A DNA stretch of 64,000 bases from an uncultured Actinomycetota bacterium (GCA_963726425.1 CAVSCN010000024.1:74701-138700), one strand, 5' to 3'. Positions 43,137-52,587 are shown, counted from the first letter of the stretch. Notes: generated by a model not told the origin, from the letters alone. Numbers and translations: made by a program.

Positions 43137-44077
43137 CACTTCTCCCGAAGCCGCGGGTTGGACAGCGCGTCGACGCCGAAGTTGATCAGCGTGAACGAGA
43201 CCATCAGCAGCACGATCGCGAGACCCGGCGTCAGCACCATCAGCCACTGGCCGGTCAGCAGCGCGTTCTGCTGCTCCGCGTAGTAGAGGATGGTCCCCCA
43301 GCTGACTGTGCTCGGGTTGCCCAGGCCGAGGAACTCCAGGCTCGCCTCGGCGAGCACAGCCGCTGTGGCCGCGGCGAAGAAACTGGCCGCGACCAGGGAG
43401 GTCATGTTCGGCAGGATCTCCCGGAAGATGACCCGGAAGAGCCGCTCGCCGGAGAACACCGCGGAGGTCACGAACTCACGGGTGCGCAGGGTCGAGGTCT
43501 GGCTGCGCATGACCCGGGCTCCGGTCGCCCAGCCGGTGAACGCGACGACCAGGACGATCGTCCAGACCGAGTGGCCCTGCAGGTACGCGGCCAGGACGAT
43601 CATCAAGGGCAGGCTGGGTATCACCAGCGCCAGGTTCGTGACGAAGCCGAGCACCTCGTCGATGAGCCCCGGCCGGTACCCGGCGATGAGGCCGATGGTG
43701 ACCGCGACCAGCGTCGCGAGCGCGCCCGCGCCGAGGCCGACCAGCAGCGAGATGCGCGCGCCGTAGATCAGCTGGGAGAAGACGTCCTGTCCGTTGCCGG
43801 TGGTGCCCAGCCAGTTGACCGAGTCGGGTCCCTGGTACGGGCTGAACGACGTCGCCGTCGGCGAGTGCGGCGCGATCAGCGGCGCGAACACCGCGGCCAG
43901 GATGATCAGGCTGAGGATGATCAGGCCCGTCCTGGCCTTGCCGTTGCTCCATAGCGTGCGCAGCGCCCGGCCGACGAATCGCAGCGGTCCGGGCACGGCT
44001 ATCCGGGCCGGGCCCGTCGGTACGCTCGCCGCCGTGCCAGGGACCTCGGGCGGCGGTAGCGAGGTGATGATGGTCAT
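43136..44077 (-). CDS. ABC transporter permease (DppC/OppC-type)
   Basis: Intact 313-aa polytopic ORF with the binding-protein-dependent transport EAA-like loop (EFVTSAVFSGERLFRVIFREILPN). Confidence 0.9.
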   Translation of the reverse strand: MTIITSLPPPEVPGTAASVPTGPARIAVPGPLRFVGRALRTLWSNGKARTGLIILSLIILAAVFAPLIAPHSPTATSFSPYQGPDSVNWLGTTGNGQDVFSQLIYGARISLLVGLGAGALATLVAVTIGLIAGYRPGLIDEVLGFVTNLALVIPSLPLMIVLAAYLQGHSVWTIVLVVAFTGWATGARVMRSQTSTLRTREFVTSAVFSGERLFRVIFREILPNMTSLVAASFFAAATAAVLAEASLEFLGLGNPSTVSWGTILYYAEQQNALLTGQWLMVLTPGLAIVLLMVSFTLINFGVDALSNPRLREK

Positions 44078-44090
44078 GTCGCGCCCCTTG

Positions 44091-44135
44091 GGTCGGCTGG
44101 CCCCGTGTCGGCTGGCCCCGTGTCGGCTGGTACCG
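44091..44135. repeat. 15-bp tandem repeat x3 in the gap between the two permease genes
   Basis: GTCGGCTGGCCCCGT / GTCGGCTGGCCCCGT / GTCGGCTGGTACCGC. It lies between the stop at 44160 and the ATG at 44077 on the minus strand. Confidence 0.8.
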
Positions 44136-44159
44136 CGCTAGCTGCCGACGACATCGCGG

Positions 44160-45143
44160 TCACCGCCGTACCCGCGGATCGAGCCGGACGTAGACCAGGT
44201 CGACGATGAAGATCGCGACGAGCATGCTGACGGTGAACACCAGCAGCAGCGCCTGCATCAGCGGGAAGTCATGGTTGGTGACGGCGATGAACAGCAGGCC
44301 GCCGACGCCCGGATAGCTGAAGACGCCCTCGACCAGTACCGCGCCGCCGACGACCGCGCCGAGCGAGAGCCCGAACGCGGTCACGTTCGGCAGCAGCGCG
44401 TTCCTGGCCGCGTACAGCAGCGCTACTGTCCGGCCGCGCAGGCCGTTCGCCTCGGCGAACGTCACGTAGTCCTCGCCGAGCGTGTTGATCATGTTGTTGC
44501 GCATGCCGAATACCCAGCCCGACATCGTGGTGACGATGAGCGTGACGGCGGGCAGCACGCTGTGATGCAGCGCGTCGGTGAAGAATGGCCAGCTGAGATT
44601 CGGCGCCGTACCCGGGCTGTAGCCGCCCTTGAGCGGGAACCAGCCGAACTTGAACGCGGCCACGTACAGCAGCAGCAGTCCCAGCCAGAATGGCGGGAAC
44701 GCGCCGAAGAACGTCGCCCCGACGGTGATCGAGGAATCGGACGCCCGGCCACGATGCCAGCCGGCGAACACGCCGAGCAGCGTCCCGACGACGAAGGCGA
44801 TGATCGTGGTCGTGCCGACCAGCACCAGCGTCCACGGCAGCGCGTTGCCGATGGTCTGCGCGACCGTCTCGGTGGGGAATGAGTAGGACGTGCCGAATCG
44901 CAGCGTCGCGATATTCCGCAGGTACTCGCCGTACTGCGCCAGCAGGCCGGTGTGCGGCACACCCAGCTGGACCTCGACGGCCCGCCGCTCGGCGTTGGTG
45001 ATCGGCACGCCGGCCGACGCGAGCTTGCCGAGAGCCGCGTCGACCGGCGAGCCGGGCATCAGCCTGGGCAGAATGAAGTTGAGCGTGACCGCCGCCCACA
45101 AGGTGATGACGAACAGCGCCACCTTGCGCAGGACATACCTCAT
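44160..45143 (-). CDS. ABC transporter permease (DppB/OppB-type)
   Basis: Intact 327-aa ORF with the N-terminus MRYVLRKVALFVITLWAAVTLNFILPRLMPGSP typical of DppB-type permeases. Confidence 0.9.
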   Translation of the reverse strand: MRYVLRKVALFVITLWAAVTLNFILPRLMPGSPVDAALGKLASAGVPITNAERRAVEVQLGVPHTGLLAQYGEYLRNIATLRFGTSYSFPTETVAQTIGNALPWTLVLVGTTTIIAFVVGTLLGVFAGWHRGRASDSSITVGATFFGAFPPFWLGLLLLYVAAFKFGWFPLKGGYSPGTAPNLSWPFFTDALHHSVLPAVTLIVTTMSGWVFGMRNNMINTLGEDYVTFAEANGLRGRTVALLYAARNALLPNVTAFGLSLGAVVGGAVLVEGVFSYPGVGGLLFIAVTNHDFPLMQALLLVFTVSMLVAIFIVDLVYVRLDPRVRR

Positions 45144-45190
45144 CCCTGGCTACCTCCTCTGCCCGGCCTGGAATCCGGCCCCGGGCCGGA

Positions 45191-46882
45191 TCAGGCCTTC
45201 CGCAGGTGCGTGACGACGGTCAGGAGCGCGTTGTTGTAGTTGGTCGGCAGGGTGTACGGGTCATTGGCCGACGGCCAGCCGACGAAATTCTTCGTCGAGA
45301 ACAGGCCCCAGCTGCCGCCGTAGTACAGCAGCACGATCGGAACCTGGCTGTACATCGTCGTCTCGAGCTTGCTAGTCGCCTGCTGCTGCTCGGCCGGGCT
45401 CGTCGCGGACGCGAGCGTGGACAGGTCCTGGTTCACCGCCGGGCTCTTGTACCGCTCGAAGTTGTTAGCCGTCGGCGTGTTGATCGGCGCCGCGTAGCTG
45501 CTGTTCAGAGCGTTGTTGAAGTCGGTGTACGGGCTGCCGGTGCCGCCGAAGCCGCCGATCGCGGCGTCGAAGTTGCCCGCCTGCGTCTGCGCGGAGTACT
45601 GCGCGTACTGCGGCAGGTCCAGGTTGACCTTCAGGCCGTCCGCCGTTAGCTCGTTCTTGACCTCGGTGGCCGCAGCGACCCAGTCGCTGAAGCTGTTCGG
45701 CAGCACGATGGTGAGGCTGGCCTGGGATCCGCTGGCGGTGGCCAGCTTGCCACCGTGCATGGTGTAGCCGGCCTTCGCGAACGCTGCCATCGCGGCCGCG
45801 TGACTCTGGTTGACCAGGCCCTGGTCGGGCAAGCTCGGGTCCAGCCATTTCTGCAGGTTCGGCAGGATGAGCCCGGACAGGCTGGCCTGCTGCATGTACC
45901 CGTTGACCGCCTTCTTGGCGATCGTCGTCCGGTCCAGCGCCGCCGAGATGCCCTGGCGGAAGCTGACGTTGTTGTTGGGCGCCTTCATGAGGTTCAGGAA
46001 CAGGGCGATGGTGCCGCCCGGCGGGAACCAGTAGACGTTGTGCGCCGGGTCACGGTCTACGTACGTCTTCTGCACGTCCGGCAGGAACGTATAGGCCCAG
46101 TCGAACTGGCCGCTGCTGACCGCGAGCTGGTTGGTGGCCTGGCTGGTCGCCTGGGCCGGGAACACGACCTTGGCTGGCGCGATCTGCGCGGCCGCCCAGT
46201 AGTCCGGGTTCTTGACCAGGGTGTACTGGGTTGGCGCGAACGAGCCGAGCTTGAACGGCCCGGCCCCGACCGGGTGCGTGTTGGTGAACTTCACCGGATC
46301 CGGGATCGACGCCCAGATGTGCTGCGGCACGATCGGGACCTGCGCGATCGTGCCCGCGAACGGCACGTTCGGCGCCTTGAAGGTGAACGTCACCTGGTTG
46401 CCGCTGGCCGAGACGGCGCTGATCTGCGACCACACCCCGGTCCCGTCCAGGGCCGGGTACTTCTTCAGCAGGTTGAAGGTGAAGACGACGTCGCTCGCGC
46501 TGAACGGCTTGCCGTCACTCCACTTGACCCCGGATCGCAGCGTGTAGACGAGGGTCGTCGGGTTGGTGAACTGGTAGCCGGTCGCCAGGTAGGGCGTGTA
46601 GCTGCCGTCAACCGGACTCGGGATCTCCAGCGGCGGATAGATCAGGTACCCGCCGTGCAGCTCGGTCGCGGCCAGGAACGGGTTGAAGTTCTCCACCAGC
46701 GAGGGGTTGCCGGCGTCGCCCTGGATGGTCAGCGTGCCGCTGCCGGTGCCCTGGGTCGTGCCGCCGCCCTGGACGTTCGCGCCGGAGCAGGCGCTCGCGC
46801 CGATCGCGACGGCGGCCGCGACGGCGACGCCTAGCGCAGTAAATCGGGGGTGCGGATAGTGGGAATGGGGGGGGTATCTCAT
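45191..46882 (-). CDS. ABC substrate-binding lipoprotein (family 5, peptide/oligosaccharide type)
   Basis: ATG 46882 is preceded by GGAGAACCACG. The lipobox is VAIGASAC. The 563-aa body is uninterrupted with family-5 SBP features (…VKWSDGKPFSASDVVFTF…). The ORF track extends further upstream into Arg-rich sequence that I regard as non-genuine. Confidence 0.88.
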   Translation of the reverse strand: MRYPPHSHYPHPRFTALGVAVAAAVAIGASACSGANVQGGGTTQGTGSGTLTIQGDAGNPSLVENFNPFLAATELHGGYLIYPPLEIPSPVDGSYTPYLATGYQFTNPTTLVYTLRSGVKWSDGKPFSASDVVFTFNLLKKYPALDGTGVWSQISAVSASGNQVTFTFKAPNVPFAGTIAQVPIVPQHIWASIPDPVKFTNTHPVGAGPFKLGSFAPTQYTLVKNPDYWAAAQIAPAKVVFPAQATSQATNQLAVSSGQFDWAYTFLPDVQKTYVDRDPAHNVYWFPPGGTIALFLNLMKAPNNNVSFRQGISAALDRTTIAKKAVNGYMQQASLSGLILPNLQKWLDPSLPDQGLVNQSHAAAMAAFAKAGYTMHGGKLATASGSQASLTIVLPNSFSDWVAAATEVKNELTADGLKVNLDLPQYAQYSAQTQAGNFDAAIGGFGGTGSPYTDFNNALNSSYAAPINTPTANNFERYKSPAVNQDLSTLASATSPAEQQQATSKLETTMYSQVPIVLLYYGGSWGLFSTKNFVGWPSANDPYTLPTNYNNALLTVVTHLRKA

Positions 46883-46896
46883 CGTGGTTCTCCTTG

Positions 46897-48783
46897 CTAC
46901 CGCCAGGCGGTGCCGCGCCCGGCGCCCACGCGGATGCGGACGACGCCCGGCATGGGCAGGTCGAAGTCGAATCGGACAACGCCGTCCTCGGGGATGACGT
47001 CGCGCAGCTGTTCCTCCTGCAGGCCGTCGCTCGCCCGCAGGCGCTCCCACAGAGCCGCGTCCGGCCACGTGACGTCGGCGGGACAGACGGCGGCGACGTT
47101 GGAGTGATGGTCATCCACCCGGGCCAGCCAGGCCGGGCGGGTGGCCCCGCCGAGCCCGGCGATCGTGACCCGGACAGATCTGTCCAGCCGCTGATCGCCG
47201 GCCATGAGCGCGGCGTTGATGGTGCCGTTCCAGACCAGCACGTCGACGGCGCCGTCGCGGATGCCTGGTCGCCCACGCCTGGACGAGCGTTTCCGCGCCG
47301 TCACCTTCGAGCGTGGTGTCCAGCACCTCATCGCCGAGGTGCGCCGCCAGATGCACGGCCCAGTACCTGGGCTTGCGCAGGTTGCCGACGCTGAGCAGAC
47401 CGAAGCCGTTGTGGAACAGGCGCGGCGCCCGCCCGAGTTCCTCGAAGTGGTCGCTGATGACCCAGTAGGCCAGGGCCTCCACCCGGCCCTGCGCGCTGAG
47501 GAAGCCACTGAGCACGAACGGAGCACCGATGGCGCTGTCGTGCACCGGCGCCGAAGTGCGTCGAGCCGACGCCCCACTCGGTCCACCAGATCGGTATCCC
47601 GGCCAGTCCGTGCCGGCGCAGCGCGGGCCGGAAGTCCAGCGGGCAGGTTCCCGTACGTGTGCGTGGAGATGAAGTCGAGCGGCAGGTCGCTGTCGCTGGC
47701 GTACTCGGCCAATAGCTCGATCCACTCGGCCGCCGCGGTCGAGGGGCCGCCGACCCGCAGGCGCGAGTCGACCGACTTGACCGCTAGCGCCGACTCGGCA
47801 TACAGCCGCAGGTAGTCCTGCTGACTGCCAGGCCAGAACACGGCCAGGTTGGGTTCGTTCCATACCTCGAACGCCCACTGGGTGACCTCGTGCAGGCCGT
47901 AACGGTCCACCAGGTGCGCGGTCAGCTCGGTGACCAGGGTCCGCCACTCGGCCCAGTCCGCTGGCGGCGAGATGATGCCGCGGTAGGTGAAGACGGTCTG
48001 CTCCGGGTCCAAGGCCAGCGCGGCCGGCATGAACGAGAGTTCCACTACCGGCCGCAGGCCGAGCCCGAGCAGCTGGTCGTAGATGGCATCCACGCGGCTG
48101 AAGTCGAAATGCAGGCGGCCGGCCGCGTCCCGGCGCACGACGGCGTTGTCGTCGTGCAAGATGGCGTGGGCGCGCACCAGCCGGGCGCCGAGATCGGACC
48201 GCGCGAACTCGAGCGCCGCGGCGAATTCAGCGGCAATGGCCTCGCTGGCCGCGGTGCCGTCCAGGCGCAACTGCGAGAGCCGCTCGGCCCCCACCATTCG
48301 CCACACCCGGTCCAGCTGCCCGGTCACCGTGGCGGCGTCCACGCCGACGCGGACGACACCCGGCGGACCGGCGGACGTACTGGCGATGGCAGGGGCTGAC
48401 CAGGCCTTCGGGACGCGCTCGGGCTCCGCCACCGCGGCCACCCGATAGGAGTAGTCGGTGCCGTCGGCGACGCCGGTGTCCGCGAACGGGGGCCCGACGA
48501 CGGCGGAAACGTCGCTCCCGCCATGCCGCAGAATCTGCGGCGCGTCGCCGTCCGCGCTGGCCCGCTCGATCACGTACCCGGCCGCGCCGGGCACCGGATC
48601 CCAGCTCAGCCGGATGTGCCCGGCCCCGGAGGTGGCTCGCAGCTGCGCGGGAGCCGGCAGTTCCGGCGCGGCGGCCAGGTCTGACCCGGGCAGGCGACGG
48701 TAGATCCGCTCTTCCCAGTCGGCCCTGACGTCGCTGTCTCGGACCGGTGGGTGCGGCCTGCTGCCGCCTGCCCGGGCGCTCAT
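46897..48783 (-). CDS. GH39-like glycoside hydrolase with N-terminal FN3-like domain; internal out-of-frame segment (~47290-47640, 3 shifts)
   Basis: WAFEVWNEPNL carries the GH39 acid/base NEP motif. The expected nucleophile region (IPIWWTEWG) and VHDSAIGAPFVLSGFLSAQGRVEALAYWVISDHFEELG...GFGLLSVGNLRKPRYWAVHL are only readable in other frames (part of ORF 47111..47947). The long ORF stays open by chance or by compensation. ATG 48783 overlaps the LacI stop (ATGA). There is no signal peptide. Confidence 0.8.
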   Translation of the reverse strand: MSARAGGSRPHPPVRDSDVRADWEERIYRRLPGSDLAAAPELPAPAQLRATSGAGHIRLSWDPVPGAAGYVIERASADGDAPQILRHGGSDVSAVVGPPFADTGVADGTDYSYRVAAVAEPERVPKAWSAPAIASTSAGPPGVVRVGVDAATVTGQLDRVWRMVGAERLSQLRLDGTAASEAIAAEFAAALEFARSDLGARLVRAHAILHDDNAVVRRDAAGRLHFDFSRVDAIYDQLLGLGLRPVVELSFMPAALALDPEQTVFTYRGIISPPADWAEWRTLVTELTAHLVDRYGLHEVTQWAFEVWNEPNLAVFWPGSQQDYLRLYAESALAVKSVDSRLRVGGPSTAAAEWIELLAEYASDSDLPLDFISTHTYGNLPAGLPARAAPARTGRDTDLVDRVGRRLDALRRRCTTAPSVLRSCSVASSARRAGWRPWPTGSSATTSRNSGGRRACSTTASVCSASATCASPGTGPCIWRRTSAMRCWTPRSKVTARKRSSRRGRPGIRDGAVDVLVWNGTINAALMAGDQRLDRSVRVTIAGLGGATRPAWLARVDDHHSNVAAVCPADVTWPDAALWERLRASDGLQEEQLRDVIPEDGVVRFDFDLPMPGVVRIRVGAGRGTAWR

Positions 48784-49838
48784 GCGTGCCTCCGCTGGCC
48801 GGACGCGGCAGCACTGCGGCAGCCGCAACTGCCGCGGATCACTACCCGCGTCGGCAGGATCAATGATTTCGGGCTGGCGCCGGGATCGGCGATGCGGTCG
48901 AGCAGTAGCTGGACCGACCGCTCGCCGAGCTCGCGCATGGGCTGGTGCACTGTGCTCAGCGCCGGCCGCAGGTGCCGGGTCGCGGCGATGTCGTCGAAGC
49001 CGGTGACGGCGACGTCCGCCGGTATCCGCAGCTGCGCCGACCGTAGCGCGAGCAGCGCGCCGATGGCCATTTCGTCGTTGCCGCAGACGATCGCCCGCGG
49101 CGCGGGGCCGCGAGCGAGCAGTTCCGCGACCGCCTGCCGGCCCCCGGTCTCGGTGAAGTTGCCGATGGCGGCCGGGCGGGCGGGCGTCTTCAGGCCCGCC
49201 TCGGCCAGCGCCGCGCAGAAACCGGCGAACCGATCCTGCGAGTCCGGCGAGTCCGCCGGGCCGCCGACGAACGCCAGGTCGGTGTAGCCGTGCGTGCCGA
49301 TCAGGTGGGCCGTGATCGCCCGCGCGCCGCCCCGGTTGTCCGCGCCGGCGAAGTCCAGCCCGCCGCGCGCGCTGCTGTTGGCCAGCACCACGACCGGCAC
49401 GCTGCGGGCGATCGCGGCGACGTCGTCGTCGGGCAGGCTGCGGGCCATCACGACCAGGCCGTCTACCTTCCCGGCCACCGAGAACGCGAGCTGGCGGCCG
49501 GACGCGCTGCGGGTGGCCGCGATCAGGACAGCGTCACCGACGGCGGTCGATGCCCGCTCAGCGCCACGGATGACCTGGTCCACGTACAGCGCGGATTCCT
49601 CTTCCAGCTCACCGGAGGCGCCGAGATCGGGGAAGAGCAGGCCGACTATCCCGGCCCGGCGGGAGGCGAGACCGCGGGCGGGACCGCTCGGCACCCAGCC
49701 GATTTCGGCGGCGATGGCGAGCACGCGGTCTCGGGTCGCGGGTGAGAAGCCCTTGCCGTCAGCCATCACCCGCGACACCGTCGCGGTGGATACGCCGCTG
49801 CGCTGAGCGACTTCGTAGATCGTCGACCGGTCCGCCAC
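48780..49838 (-). CDS. LacI-family transcriptional regulator
   Basis: Intact 352-aa ORF with an N-terminal HTH (STIYEVAQRSGVSTATVSRVMADGKG) and a periplasmic-binding-protein-like effector domain. It is the first gene of the co-directional 8-gene operon. Confidence 0.93.
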   Translation of the reverse strand: MADRSTIYEVAQRSGVSTATVSRVMADGKGFSPATRDRVLAIAAEIGWVPSGPARGLASRRAGIVGLLFPDLGASGELEEESALYVDQVIRGAERASTAVGDAVLIAATRSASGRQLAFSVAGKVDGLVVMARSLPDDDVAAIARSVPVVVLANSSARGGLDFAGADNRGGARAITAHLIGTHGYTDLAFVGGPADSPDSQDRFAGFCAALAEAGLKTPARPAAIGNFTETGGRQAVAELLARGPAPRAIVCGNDEMAIGALLALRSAQLRIPADVAVTGFDDIAATRHLRPALSTVHQPMRELGERSVQLLLDRIADPGASPKSLILPTRVVIRGSCGCRSAAASGQRRHA

Positions 49839-49876
49839 GTTGCGACCCTCTTGACGCCACTGGGGTAGGCGCGTCT

Positions 49877-49908
49877 TGGTTAAGCGCTTACTCTGGTTAA
49901 CCGCTTAC
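49877..49908. promoter_or_regulatory. Candidate LacI operators (tandem)
   Basis: TGGTTAAGCGCTTAC (contains the perfect palindrome TAAGCGCTTA), then tc, then TGGTTAACCGCTTAC. It lies 39-70 nt upstream of the LacI GTG at 49838. The CG-centred AAnCGnTT core is the usual LacI/GalR operator type. Confidence 0.5.
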
Positions 49909-49985
49909 GTAACCATCAGTCTGCGATCGTGTCAAGCCCTCCGGTTCCGGCCCCAGCGTCCCGATAGCGGGCCAGAATCGCTCCG

Positions 49986-50468
49986 CTACCAGGGCAGGGA
50001 CGTGCTGACGGAGTGAGACAGGCCGTCGATGTCGCTCATTTGGTACACGTGCCGCGGCGGGGTCTCGAACGTCGCGTACGGCCTGACCCGGATCACGACC
50101 CGCTCCTCGTCCCGCGCCAGCTGCGCGATCTGCGGCTGGCGCTCCGGCGGCACTTCCGCGCCGGCCATCAAGCCGATGACCCGCGTCAGCACGTCCGCGG
50201 CCAGGTCCGGGTCTCGGTCGACGAGCGCGTTGCCATACACCTGCAGGTAGGTCACCGGCCAGTGCTCGTCCAGTACGCACAGGCTCATCCGGCCGTCCCG
50301 GTCGACCGCCTTGGGCTTGCTCCGGCCGGCCATCGTGGAGATCAGCAGTTCGTCGCCCTCGACGACGTAGTAGACGATCGTCATCGCCGGCCCGTGCGCC
50401 CGGCGCGAATAGCCGAACACGCAGGTGCGGTGGTCGTACACGAACTGGCGCCGTTCCTCTCGATTCAT
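49986..50468 (-). CDS. Pyridoxamine 5'-phosphate oxidase-family protein (probable F420-dependent PPOX class)
   Basis: Intact 160-aa ORF: HRTCVFGYSRRAHGPAMTIVYYVVEGDELLISTMAGRSKPKAVDRDGRMSLCVLDEHWPVTYLQVYGNALV has the split-barrel pattern of this family. Confidence 0.7.
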   Translation of the reverse strand: MNREERRQFVYDHRTCVFGYSRRAHGPAMTIVYYVVEGDELLISTMAGRSKPKAVDRDGRMSLCVLDEHWPVTYLQVYGNALVDRDPDLAADVLTRVIGLMAGAEVPPERQPQIAQLARDEERVVIRVRPYATFETPPRHVYQMSDIDGLSHSVSTSLPW

Positions 50469-50480
50469 GCGTGCGCCCCC

Positions 50481-51246
50481 TTAGATCTCGTCGGTCGGGC
50501 AGCCGTCGTACGCGGCCTCGATGAGCGCGATGTACGCGGCGTCCGGCGCGATCGGCACGTCGTCCACGCGCCCGACTGGCGCCCAGCCGCGAGAGTTGCA
50601 CAAGATCATGCCGTCGTAACCAGCCAGGTCCTGCACGCGCACTGTCGCCGCCGCCTGCGGCACGCCGGCTGACTTCAGCTCGCGCTGCAGGACCAGCATG
50701 GTGATGCCGTCCAGCCGCGGAGCGTCGGGCCAGATTACGGTACCGTCCCGCCAGAACCCGACGTTCGTGATCGTGCCCTCCGAGATCACGCCGGCCTCGT
50801 CGGTCAGCAGCCCCTCGTCGAAGCCAGCCGCGATAGCCAGTTCGGTGAAGCGGCCGTGACCCCAGCTGCCGACGTGCTTGAGCCGGGCCAGCGGTCGCTG
50901 AAAGTGCTGCACGGTCATCGAGTGCGGCCGGGCGGGCAGCTGCTGCGGGCCGCGGACCGTGACGATCAGCCCGGCCCAGTAGCCGTAGACCCGGACGCTG
51001 GCGTCGCGCTCCCCGGCGAGCGCGTGCCGGATCCGCTCGCGGACCAGATCGCCGCTGAGCTGCCTGCCGTAGATCTCCAGGTGCGCCGTGCCGCAGCCGG
51101 GACAGGTGCAGATCAAGCCCGCGGGTGCGGCCATCCCGCACTTGCATGGCGGTGAAGTGACCCCAGCCCTGGTGCCGGAGCAGCGCCGCCGCTTCGTCGT
51201 CGGCGGGCGCACCGTTGATCTCTATTCGCCCCGCTTCAGCTGTCAC
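50481..51246 (-). pseudogene. Class IV aminotransferase-family protein, one frameshift near ~51090
   Basis: The N-terminus MTAEAGRIEINGAPADDEAAALLRHQGWGHFTAMQVRDGRTRGLDLHLSRL is in the frame of ORF 49897..51246. The rest is in ORF 50481..51212 (...EGTITNVGFWRDGTVIWPDAPRLDGITMLVLQREL...). Confidence 0.75.
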
Positions 51247-51267
51247 GAAACCCAGTATGCGCGGGGT

Positions 51268-52080
51268 TCAGGCCGCGGACGTCAAGACCGCGGCGGTCGC
51301 GGCGTCCGCCGGGTAGAACGACTCGATGGCAAGCTCCGCCAGTGTCACGTCGCGCGGCGTTCCGAAGATCGTGGTCGTGCTCAGCAGGGACAGCGTGTGG
51401 TCACGAACGCGCAGCCGCAGCGGGACCAGGATCGGCCTGGTGTCCGGGCGGGTGGCTGGCGGCGGGCAGGGATATCGGACTAGCTCGTCCCGCAACCGGA
51501 TCAGGCCGGCGTCCGCGCTCGCCGCGATGTCCCGCTCCAGCCGGTCCAGCAGGTGCGCACGCCACTCCGGCAGGTTCGCGACCCTGGGCGCCATGCCGTC
51601 CGGGTGCAGGGTCAGGCGCAACACGTTGACCGGCGGCTCCAGCAGCGCCGGCGCGCAGCCCTCGGTGAGCAGCACGACGGCCCGGTTCGCCGCGATCAGC
51701 TCCCACTGGCCGTCGATGACGACCGCGGGGAACGGCTCGTGCGCGGCGAGCACCCGCTCGATCGCGTCGTGTACCGCCGACATCGGCGGATCGGACAGGT
51801 CGTTGGCCGGGTAGGCCGGCGCATAGCCGCCGGATAGCAGCAGCAGGTTGCGCTCCCGCAGCGGGACGTCAAGATGCCGGGCCAGCCGCAGGATCATGTC
51901 GCTCGTGGGCCGCGACCGCCCGGTTTCCACGAAGGACAGGTGTCGCGCCGATACCTCGGCGCGCAGGGCTAGGTCCAGCTGGGTGAGCCTGCGCCGCTCC
52001 CGCCACTGGCGCAGCAGCCGGCCCACCCCGGCCGGCTCGGTGATCTGCTCGGCGATCGTCACGCCTTGCACTCTAGGCAA
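51268..52080 (-). CDS. MmyB-like XRE-family HTH regulator
   Basis: Intact 270-aa ORF: LLRQWRERRRLTQLDLALRAEVSARHLSFVETGRSRPTSDMILRLARHLDVPLRERNLLLLSGGYAP...HEPFPAVVIDGQWELIAANRA. It is divergent from a SnoaL-like gene, which is a common pairing. Confidence 0.85.
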   Translation of the reverse strand: MPRVQGVTIAEQITEPAGVGRLLRQWRERRRLTQLDLALRAEVSARHLSFVETGRSRPTSDMILRLARHLDVPLRERNLLLLSGGYAPAYPANDLSDPPMSAVHDAIERVLAAHEPFPAVVIDGQWELIAANRAVVLLTEGCAPALLEPPVNVLRLTLHPDGMAPRVANLPEWRAHLLDRLERDIAASADAGLIRLRDELVRYPCPPPATRPDTRPILVPLRLRVRDHTLSLLSTTTIFGTPRDVTLAELAIESFYPADAATAAVLTSAA

Positions 52081-52221
52081 CGTGACCGCGGCCCGGCGAT
52101 TACCTGCCAGGTCATGCGCGCTTACCCGGGACGTAATCGACCAGCGCCGCCGCCGCGGCGAGTCTCGTACTCACGGCGCGGGCCCGGCACGGGACCGGCC
52201 AGCGCTGGAAGGAGTACGAGG

Positions 52222-52587
52222 ATGCGTGACTTCAGTGACCTGGTGAGCAAGTACATCGAGGCCTGGAACGAGACCGACGCCGGCCCGCGGCGCGACCTGA
52301 TCGCCGAGATCTGGGCCAGCGACGGCCGGTACGTCGACCCGCTGGCCGACGTCGCCGGGCCCGGCCAGATCGACGGCCTGATCGGTGCGGTCCAGACGCA
52401 GTTCCCCGGCCTGCGGTTCCGGCTCGCGGGACCAGTGGACGCGCACCACGACCAGGCGCGCTTTACCTGGGAACTGGCCCCGGACGGGGCCGACGCCGTC
52501 GTCGTCGGGTTCGACGTGGCCCGCCGCGACGAGGACGGGCGGCTAGCGCTCGTCCTCGGTTTCCTCGACAAGGTGCCGGCTGCATAA
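52222..52587 (+). CDS. NTF2/SnoaL-like small protein
   Basis: GGAAGGAG precedes ATG 52222. The product begins MRDFSDLVSKYIEAWNETDAGPRRDLIAEIWASDGRYVDP...FRLAGPVDAHHDQARFTWEL. It is 121 aa and uninterrupted. Confidence 0.75.
   Translation: MRDFSDLVSKYIEAWNETDAGPRRDLIAEIWASDGRYVDPLADVAGPGQIDGLIGAVQTQFPGLRFRLAGPVDAHHDQARFTWELAPDGADAVVVGFDVARRDEDGRLALVLGFLDKVPAA

Noticed and set aside
41189-44135. The short tandem repeats as a CRISPR-like array.
   Set aside because: The units are 15 bp, directly abutting with no spacers, at most three copies each, and two of the three sets are inside a coding frame. No cas genes are present.
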